Positions 54,331 to 64,000 of a DNA stretch of 64,000 nt are shown here, piece by piece. This DNA comes from Eledone cirrhosa (taxonomy: Eukaryota). The position numbers and the translations under genes were made by a program. The number at the start of each line of letters is the position of its first letter. The first letter of the stretch is position 1. The notes under the pieces are model-generated. The model was given only the letters and a program-made list of their open reading frames with translations. It made no database searches and was not told the DNA's origin. The stretch covers positions 187,116,001-187,180,000 of the forward strand of contig OZ024740.1 in NCBI GenBank assembly GCA_964016885.1, given 5' to 3'.

Positions 54331-55959
54331 AAAACCCATTGATTTAGGGATGATGGAATGGTGAAATTGTTAGAGCCTTGCAGTTTCTGTTCTAGTTCTG
54401 TGCATTTAAAATTCAAATCCACCTCCCTATCACCAGAAAAGTAATAATACTTTTGCCAAGAGTTGCGACAGACAGATACCATCAGCAATGTATAAAACAA
54501 TAGAAACACACTTTCCTTTAACTGATCTGGAAAATTGGCTTCTTTCTTTTCCTTTTTATAGTACTATATATTTTACATTCTCAGAAATGCAGACATTTTT
54601 ATTATTACAATGTTGAAATTTTACAGCACTAAAATGTAAATTGCTGATCTTATGATCTTATATTTTATTTGTATATATTATTTTTAATTTTAGTTACAGA
54701 ACTAGGTTATTTGAAGAAAAAAAACTAGTTTCATAATGGTTTAATGCTGATATTGGTATCTAAATTACAAAAGAAATTAGTCAATCCAGAATTAGAGTAA
54801 GTTGATTTAAAAGTAAGATGTATTAATTTTACAACATTCATTATAATGGAGGTGTAAATGAAATGTGTGATCTCACTTTCTCTAACTTTGTATTAAAAGG
54901 CTACCAAGTTTCATTAGAAATTTAAGTAGTTAACAACACAATAATTTCACTTCACAAAAGTTGTTTTATATACATCTTCCAGCTCTTTAAATTAGAGATA
55001 TGGTGTTAAAGCCAAGAATCTAGACATAAGATGATAACCTATTGTTTCAAAAGACATTTTCTAGAGCTATTTATGAGAGTTATGGCACTGTGACATGTTT
55101 TATTAAATCATTTTGGCTTTCAGTATTCCATTGACAGAGTCAGTATTTCATTGATAGATATATTATTTTCAGTTAAGTTCTAACCACAATCTACTATTTC
55201 TAATCTCAAATAACTTCTAAAGTCTTTTGTATCTTGGATAAAATTACAATCCTGCAATAACAGCATGCTGTTTTGATGGAATACTGATCTACCAATTTTG
55301 TGAGCAGCTTTCTGTTGAAGTGTTTATGAGTCAAGAGTTAACATAGTTTTATGTGTCACGGAGAGAACCTGTTAAATCAGTCAGATAAATGTTTGATCTT
55401 TCAACATAAAAGTTGACACTGACTGTTAGCTTGCAAGGAAAGCAGCATTTGTTGCCTTTTATGTATAAGAATTGATTAAAAGAAATACGTAGCTTTAAAA
55501 TAGCATAATTAATTTCATTTATCATTTTGATATATGACTACAGATCTACACTCTGCCCAATTATTCAGCCAGTCTTTTCATGTAACTGATGTATTCAGAC
55601 ATTTTTGAAAGCTCACACAAAACAACCCACTCCTCCATTATTGCAAAAAGAGAATATATATATATATATATAAACACATACATAGTGAGGATTTTGTTTT
55701 CCTTCTATCGGGAATACTTTTCATTAAATATTAGCTAATCTACAATAAGAAATTGATCCTCATTGATACTTTGATTTACATTATTTCAGAAACTTCAAAT
55801 GAAACCCTAAGGTTTTCAAGTGAACTGTCATAATTTCTCTTATATCTTTGGAGATGAAAACAGACCCCCCCCCACACACACACACACACAAACACACACA
55901 TATACACACGTATGTATATACATATCATTTAACATCCATTTTTTTTCCTGCAACCAAAG

Positions 55960-56266
55960 GTTGGATATTATATTTATATATATTATATTTATATTTATAT
56001 ATATTATATTATATATTATATATATATATTTGAAGTGAAAGCAACTGGTCGGTGTGTTTCTTATTGGCAACATGACCCTCCCAAAGTATAACAATATTAT
56101 ATATATATTATATATATATTATATATATATATATTATATATATATTATATATATATTATATATTTTATATATATATTATATATATATATATATATTATAT
56201 ACATATATATATTATATATATATATTATATATGTATTATATATATATGTTATAATTATATATATAT

Positions 56267-56300
<34 letters not shown>

Positions 56301-56372
56301 ATATATATATATTATATATATTATATTTGTATTATATATATATATGTTATAATTATATATATATATAATATA

Positions 56373-56444
<72 letters not shown>

Positions 56445-56452
56445 TATATATA
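55960..56452. repeat. Degenerate (TA)n/(TATTA)n low-complexity tract
   Basis: Directly visible. Confidence 0.95.
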
Positions 56453-56949
56453 ATGATCAAATGTTAATAAGGTTCATTGATTACTCAATGAATATAGTTT
56501 TACAATAGATTCAAAACACTCAACAAAGAAGTTTTCTGGAGTTATTAATATTAATCAAAATATTAATAAATGAAGACGTTCACATAATCAAAATATATGT
56601 TCTATTATATATATTTCGGAGGTACTGTGCTGTTTTTTCAGTATGTCCTGATCAGATAAAATACATAAATTGATGTACAACATACCTCACCTGTCTTGAT
56701 GGTTTAATTTCAGTCTTGGCAGTGATTTATTACAACAAAACTCTATGTTTATATACCACAAGAAGGAATAACATGACAAACTAAATATGATGAAGAGAAG
56801 GATGTCGAGCGAGATATGTTTCAAGAGGGGGTGGGTATGAGAAAATATAGAAGAAATAAACTTTTTGGCACACCATTAAAAAAGAATATGTTAAGAGTAA
56901 GTGTAAAAACTGAAACATTTTATTATAATTTAAGTTTCTCTGTCTCATA

Positions 56950-57450
56950 TATTTATAGAACGACAATATCAGATCACCTGAGTTTGCTTGCTTTCAAATA
57001 TTCATACTTGCAGAATCTGCATTTCAACCTAGCACCCATATTGTGTTGCACTTTAAGATCTAACATTAAACATTTTGCTCAATTCTTCATCCTCAAAATT
57101 GTATACATCTTCAAAACCTTTCCAGTCTAAATCTTCCAATCAAGGATCATCATACAATAGTCTTTCAATAGTTTTACACCTTTATTCCAGAAATATTTTG
57201 TCAGTCTACCAACATTTATCTTCCTGTAATACATTTTACATGCTAATCATTCTCTATTGCATCTTATTTGGGTACCCTTTCGCCAATGTACTTTGTAATC
57301 CTTTTATGTGCAGCTTTGGTTGCAGATAGAACATTTTTCTTCATATATTCAATTCTACTTCCAACAGCAAGATCTTCAAACTAAGTGGCAAGAAGCAAAG
57401 TACTCCACTCTTATGCAAAAGCTCAAGAACTGAATATTTGTGGGATCCTC
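56950..57450 (-). mobile_element. Highly decayed Penelope-like ORF fragment
   Basis: Minus-strand remnants HKSGV.. (~57410), LAKGYPNK (~57280) and LKCRFCKYEY (~57010) in the order expected for a PLE thumb followed by GIY-YIG. Confidence 0.4.
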
Positions 57451-57456
57451 TACTAT

Positions 57457-57632
57457 ATCATTTTCAATGATGGAGAACAAAAGAAACAGGTAAAACACAA
57501 ACTGAAAACCACTTTAAAGAGGAACAATATTAAGTACTTCACTCTTGAAAGATTTATATTGCTGCTTCTCTTCAAAGTGGTTTTCAGCTGGTGTTTTAAC
57601 TGTTTCTTTGGTCTTTCAACATTGAGAATGAT
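57457..57632. repeat. Imperfect ~75-bp inverted repeat
   Basis: AAAGAAACAGGTAAAACAC..CTGAAAACCACTTT vs AAAGTGGTTTTCAG..GTGTTTTAACTGTTTCTTT. Confidence 0.8.
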
Positions 57633-60012
57633 GTAGGTGTCTGTAGAGTATCCTAGGGTGTATATAATAATCTGATTTTTGCACTATATAGCTAAGCAAC
57701 ACATACACTGAAATTAGCATAGCTTAAGAAATCTTAAATGCATAGATTATACATATCTTTGTATATTCACAAACAATAAAATTAATAACATCAATAAAGA
57801 CAGTTAAACATTATCGTCATTAATTTTCTGGCATTTAACCTTATGAGGAAAAATTGAAATTAAACATAATTACTGTACATGGATATCTTGATTCAGACTT
57901 TTATAGTTTATGCCTCGATTAGAATGCTTTCCGGTCATTCACTTCAATTTTGGATGTCTACTACTGTAGTTGATTGAAGTTTATATGAGTCATCTATCTG
58001 AGAATCAATGAAGCTTATATTGATGCTTGACATCAATGATCTGTTGGGAACAGCAAAATTCTGGCAGAAATTATTAAATAGCAATAATGCAATAATAACA
58101 TTTCATAAGTATGTGCAAACATGCATATGCATGTGCATATACTTAATAATATACATTTCAGAGCACATTGTTGAAGAAGGTTGTACACTTCCTAGCAAAC
58201 TGGTCAGTCATCTTAAAAGATTGCTTAGTTTCTGACGTTAAGTACTTACTATAATGCCAGCTGTTTCTGTTATACAATGAAGGTTATAAACAACACAAAA
58301 TCTAATGGAACAAACTTAGCACCATTCGTTTCAAATTATTATACTACTGTATGGGTAGCTGCTGGATTATGTAATTCAAAGCAAACCTTCTATTAGTGTT
58401 GCTTTAAATGTATTCCATTTCTAATTCAATATCTAATACTATAACTTATTAAAACCTTAATCTTTTCCCAAAGCTATTGATCACTAATTACTTTGCTTTT
58501 AGTATTATATTGATACTGTTGATTCTTCTGTCTAATCTGTTTCTACAGTTATATGTGCACTTAAGGCAGTGGCAATTCATATCATCATCAAGTGATCAGT
58601 GAAACTGCCATTCTATATTACATTGGCATCAATTATTTTTTTTATTAAATCTCATTCTTTCAAACTATGGGTTTGCATTTTATTCATAAGAATACATCTA
58701 CCATTATTTATTTCTCCTTTCAATTTATTTATTTACGTTTCTTCCCTACATAGAAATCTAAAAGCTACTTCAATAGAGGTACTATACACACACATTATCA
58801 AGCAATTGCTTGTGGTAAAGAATATTTATTCAGTGTAACTGACTATGCTGCACTATATTACATACAAAACCCTGTTGGTTTTTATGTACACAAAGCAATT
58901 AGTTCATCTAATGAACTCATACTTTGGGGTTTTATTACAACTGTCACTCCCAGCTTGAAGGCATAAAAATTATCATAACAATAAAATAAAATCAATTTCC
59001 CATAGAACATTGATTTATGGTTCAATACTCAATAGAAATTGAATTTGTCTTGTAACAATATTTTTTTTACATTATATTCCATTTTATTTATTTATTTATT
59101 TGGTGAAAAACTGACTGACTTAATGGTAAAATGATGGGATTACCACAGAACTATCTCTCGGGGATAGTTAGGTCATCAGGTCTGAAACCTAACAGAGGTT
59201 ATCTTGTTTGGCAAGGTCATATCATGAGCTATAAACTATTTCATTTCCCCCATTCCCATTCAGTATGTATGTGTGTTGAGTGTTAATGTGTGTGTGAGTA
59301 TTCCTGTGTTTGTGTGTGTTGTTTGAGTGTGAAAGTGCATGTCTATGTTCGTTGAATGTGAAAGTTCATGTGTGTGTAATGTTTGCGTGTGTGCATGTGT
59401 GTGTTGTTTGTGTGTGCAATCTGTATGCCTGTATATTTGTCAATATTCAAACAAATAATAGGACCATCTAATCAAGTCTCTGTGATAAGACATTCTAGTA
59501 ATAGGCAATAAAAGAAAAGACAACAATAAAAAAAAGTGAAGAAAATATTGTAAAACTGTTATAATTGTCTTTTGTTATTTTTTTTTTTTGTTTCATTTAT
59601 TCTTTTAACTTTCTATTTTATTTCCAAATAGTAAAATGTCTTATTCAAAACATTGTTGAAGAACTGAAGAACTGTGAAGAACAGAGCAGATATTGATTTT
59701 TCACTTTGATTATTTATTTACTTATTTATTTATTTATTTATTTTTTTTTACGTTTTTCTTTATTTTATTTTTAAATCTAGTTATTGAAGTTAGAAGATTA
59801 TTATATTATTTATACTGTTTCACTTCAACAGTTTCATTCCTGTTAAAACATATACGTGATCCGAAATTCCTCCAGATATCCTATTTCATGGCTAAAACCG
59901 GTAACAAGTAATGAATATGGAATTGCGATAAACCTATAACAAATACATATATATAATGATGATGATGTAGATAGGGAGAGTTAAATATAGATACAGGAAG
60001 AAAGATAAAGGG

Positions 60013-60338
60013 ATATATATATATATATACACATATATATATATCCATATATAAATATAGGTGTGTATATATATATATATATATACATATGTATGTATAT
60101 ATATAAAATATATATATATACATATGTATGTGTATATATAAAAAAAATATATATATATACATATGTATATATATATATAAAAAAAATATATATATATACA
60201 TATGTATATATATATATATAAAATATATATATATATATATATATACATATGTATATATATATATAAAATATATAGATATATATACATATGTATATATATA
60301 TATAAAATATATAGATATATATACATATGTATATATAT

Positions 60339-60390
<52 letters not shown>

Positions 60391-60392
60391 TA
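60013..60392. repeat. (TA)n-derived minisatellite with ~30-bp units containing TACATATGTA
   Basis: Directly visible. Confidence 0.92.
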
Positions 60393-61487
60393 TGCAAAGT
60401 ATGGGTGCATAAAAGATGTAGTGGGATCACAGGTAAGCTAACTAAGAACATAGATTTTACATGTGGCCGGTGCTCTGGTGCAATAAGTAGCAGCAAGTGC
60501 CCACAAAATACTAGCTCTTTCAATTGCGCAGAGGGTTCTATAGAAATAGTGGACAGCTTCCGTTACCTGGGTGACAAAATCAGCAGTGGGGGAGGGTGCT
60601 AGGAAAGTACAGTAGCTAGAGTCAGAACTGGATGGAAAAAGTTCAGAGAGCTTATACCACTATTAGCCGCTAAAGGATTCTCCCTAAAAATGAAAGGCAG
60701 GCTGTATGATGCCTGCATATGAACAGCAATGTTGCATGGCAGTAAGACCTGGGCATTGTGTGCAGAGGATATACGCAGACTAGAGAGGAACGAAGCTTGC
60801 ATGCTCCGCTGGATGTGTAATAGTAATATATGTGAATGGCAAAGCATAAACGAACTAAGGGAAAAATTAGAAATATGAGGGATCAGATGTTGTTTACTCG
60901 AGAGAAGGCTACGTTGGTATGGTCACGTGATGCGCATGAAAGACGACAGCTGTATAAAAAAGTGCAGGGCAATAAAGATAGCCACGGAGTAGGCAGACCC
61001 AGAAAAACCTGGGACGACCTGATAAATTCCGACCTCACACACTTACACCTCTCCAAGACAATGTCACTGGACCGAGATCTTTGGCGGTACTCAGTAATGG
61101 AGAAGACCCGCCTTACCTAAATACAAAGTAAAACCTACTACAGTCAGTAGGCATCTCTAACAAAATACACCCCCCACCCCCCCACCCCATCCACGCCGCC
61201 CCTCTCAATGTAAAGTTATGTTGGTGCCCCAACATCCAGGCCAAAACAAATGAGATCGTGTAGGTGTCACGACAAAAAAAACACACAGTCCACGCTGTAA
61301 TGTGGCCGAGTAGGCAACACGGTAAAAACCTCCCAGTCCCACACTGTAAATGTACAGTTAGGAAGGGCATCCAGCTGTAGAAAACCCGCCAGACAGTCCT
61401 ATGCGAGCATGACAACCAATCTTGCTTCAAGTGGGAAAACTCCTGTCCAAACCCATGCAAGCGTGGAACATGGACGTTAAACGATGA

Positions 61488-61490
<3 letters not shown>
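60393..61490 (+). mobile_element. 5'-truncated RTE LINE (RT C-terminus plus 3' UTR), disabled
   Basis: [51 protein letters not shown]...RLRWYGHVMR..GRPRKTW; tail GGACGTTAAAC(GAT)n. Confidence 0.93.
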
Positions 61491-61538
<48 letters not shown>

Positions 61539-61678
61539 TTGTAATAAAATGAAAACGAAATTTCATTTCTCACTCTTAGTACGGCACTTACTTAAATGTA
61601 AGTATGTATGTATACGTACATACATATATGTATACAGACGTACAGTAGCATGCATATATATATATATATATATATATA

Positions 61679-62258
61679 TCATCATCATCATCATCAACAT
61701 TTAACGTCCGTGTTCCACGCTTGCATGGGTTTGGACGGGGGTAGTCCCACTTGAGGCAAGAGTGATTTTCTTGCTCGCATAGGACTGTCTGGCAGGTTTT
61801 CTACAGTTGGATGCCCTTCCTAACACCAACCACATTTACAGTGTGGGTCTGGGAGGTTTTTACCGTGTTGCCTACACGGCCACATTACAGCGTGGACTGT
61901 GTGTTTTTTTGTCGTGACACCTACACGATCTCATTTGTTTCGGCCTGGATGGCGCGGCACCAACATAACTTTACATAGAACGGGGTGTTGTGGATGGGGT
62001 GGGGTTTGTGGTGGTGGGGCGGGGTGTATTTTGTTAGAGATGCCTACTGGCAAGGCGGGTCTTCTCTATTACTGAGTACCGCCAAAGGTCTCGGTCCAGT
62101 GACATTGTCTTGGTGAGGTGTAAGTGTGTGAGGTTGGTGTTTATCAGCTCGTCCCAGGTTTTTCTGGGTCTGCCTATTCCGTGGCTACCGTCTATCTTTA
62201 TTGCCCTGCACTTTGTTATACAGCTATCATCCTTCATGCGCATCACGTGACCATACCA
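61679..62258 (-). mobile_element. 5'-truncated RTE LINE, same family as 60393-61490
   Basis: WYGHVMRMKDDSCITKC..GRPRKTWDELI..DRDLWR plus the same 3' UTR and (GAT)n tail. Confidence 0.93.
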
Positions 62259-62383
62259 ATACACATATATACATACAGGTACACATACATATATGTACGT
62301 ATCAGTTTAGCGGACGCTTATTATAGCTATAATAAGCGTCCGCTAAACTGATACGTACATATATGTATGTGTACCTGTATGTA

Positions 62384-62394
<11 letters not shown>
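62259..62394. repeat. Perfect 136-bp palindrome without spacer
   Basis: Centre TTATAG|CTATAA at 62326/62327; arms complementary over 68 bp. Confidence 0.95.
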
Positions 62395-62425
<31 letters not shown>

Positions 62426-63464
62426 TGCTACTGTACGTCTGTATACATATATGTATGTACATATACATACATACTTACATATATATATATATATATACAT
62501 ATGCGTGTATATATATATGGGTGGATTCAATTATATTCAATAAATGATATCAGATTGAATCTGATTAAAATGTTATCTCTCAGAACAACCAGAAAAAATG
62601 GTAATAACTCACGATCTCTTTTCATCTAATAAACAAGATTGATTGTTTTCCACATTCTTCATTCAAGATTTCAGTTAAACAATCAATCAACTCTATTCCT
62701 TTAATGCTAATTGTTTGACTATTTCATTGACAAACACTCTTTGGAAGGGAATTTACTAAACCTTTACATTCTTAACACTATAATAATTGTCATTGCAAAT
62801 TTAATTAAGATAACATCAGTTGGAGAAACTCGAGAAAGATCAAAGATATATTTCTTTTCCAAAATTAGCAAATATATTCTTTGGTTTCGAGGATTTATTC
62901 AAGTCATGATTACCAATCAATATATTCAATGTTAGACAGAAACGAAACACATTTTGATAAGTACTTATAATTGGCATTGAATTCAGTAAACAATATGCAA
63001 AAATACCGACATTCAGAAGATATAATAAAGCATAGGTTTTATTATAAAGAATTATTCAGCTATTATTTCCCTATTTCCTTTTTCCTATTTCAACCATAAT
63101 CTTTTAAAAAGACACCTATTCATTTTTCCAATAATCAGCGTTTTTTGTGAGTTACATAATTCTAAGTAGAAAGTACTCCATTGTGATAAATATAATGAAC
63201 TCATAGTTAATCTTGAGTGAATACATAAATAAATATCTGGCTTTGCATTCATATCCAGTGAATTGTTAGAACCTTTTTCGATTGCTTGATGAACTAACTA
63301 TAGAAACTACTGTCAGAAATCAATTCTTACTTTTGTAATCTCTTTCCTTTCTTTATTAAGTGTTTCTTTCTTTATGAGTTAAATTGTTACAGTAGAAACT
63401 CAAGATGGTTTCTATCGAACAGTTAAATACTTAGAAATTTCATTGTGCATAAAGTCATCATTAT

Positions 63465-63755
63465 CTTCATCCTCATCACTATTTAATGTCAGTTTTCCAT
63501 GCTTGCATGGGTTAGACAGGTTGTCACATTCTGAGGCTAGACAAGTCAGGTGAACACATTTTGCTCATAGATTACAATTTTAGCTGGGTTTTTAATGGCT
63601 AAATGCCCTTCTTAATACCAACAACTTCATAGTATGTACAGGGTGCTTTTTTCCTGGCACTGTCTCTACCAACAAACAAGGTGAATCAGATTATTTGGCT
63701 ATGGCATCAATATGACCACCTTACAGGGTGGGTTGCTTTTTGTCATGGCATGACA
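63465..63755 (-). mobile_element. Family R1-related copy, decayed
   Basis: TTTTCCATGCTTGCATGGGTTAGACAGG..ATGCCCTTCTTAATACCAAC. Confidence 0.65.
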
Positions 63756-63834
63756 TGTAAAACTAAATTTCAATAACCATTTTATTATTAGATATTGGTG
63801 GATATTATTAGATAGGTGGATATTATTAGATATT

Positions 63835-64000
63835 GGAGGGTCGGATGCCAAACTTTGACGCATGGAGTTACGGCCCTTGCCATTCTGGGTTCAAATCCCG
63901 CCGAGGTTAACTTTACCTTTCATCCTTACGTGGTCGATAAAATAAAGTACCAGTAATGTACTGGGTAATTGCTGGCCTTGTGCCAAAAGTAGAAACAATT
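63835..64000 (+). mobile_element. SINE family S1 copy
   Basis: GGTTCAAATCCCGCCGAGGTTAAC...GTACCAGTAATGTACTGGGTAATTGCTGGCCTTGTGCC. Confidence 0.88.

Overview
AT-rich, microsatellite-dense eukaryotic DNA that is intronic or intergenic; the repeat landscape (RTE LINEs with (ATG/CAT)n tails, tRNA-derived SINEs, Penelope-like elements in (TA)n) is most consistent with an octopus-type cephalopod genome (inference). No intact protein-coding gene is visible and most listed ORFs are translations of microsatellites. Supported content: a 5'-truncated, disabled ~4 kb Penelope-like element of the Naiad type (YRDD reverse transcriptase plus C-terminal GIY-YIG, minus strand, ~13080-17155) with a ~2 kb 3' region that looks like captured host DNA; several short protein-less fold-back insertions in (TA)n that carry type I hammerhead ribozyme motifs, including one near-canonical inverted pair and a three-copy family with a CCGANGA core variant; several RTE/CR1 LINE relics; a complete non-autonomous Helitron; a hAT-Charlie MITE with its target-site duplication; many SINEs; a perfect 136-bp palindrome split from its outer arm by an RTE insertion; a short G-U-containing hairpin with a let-7-like 3' arm; and a speculative chain of phase-compatible minus-strand micro-exons. 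All coordinates were read by eye and repeat boundaries are approximate.
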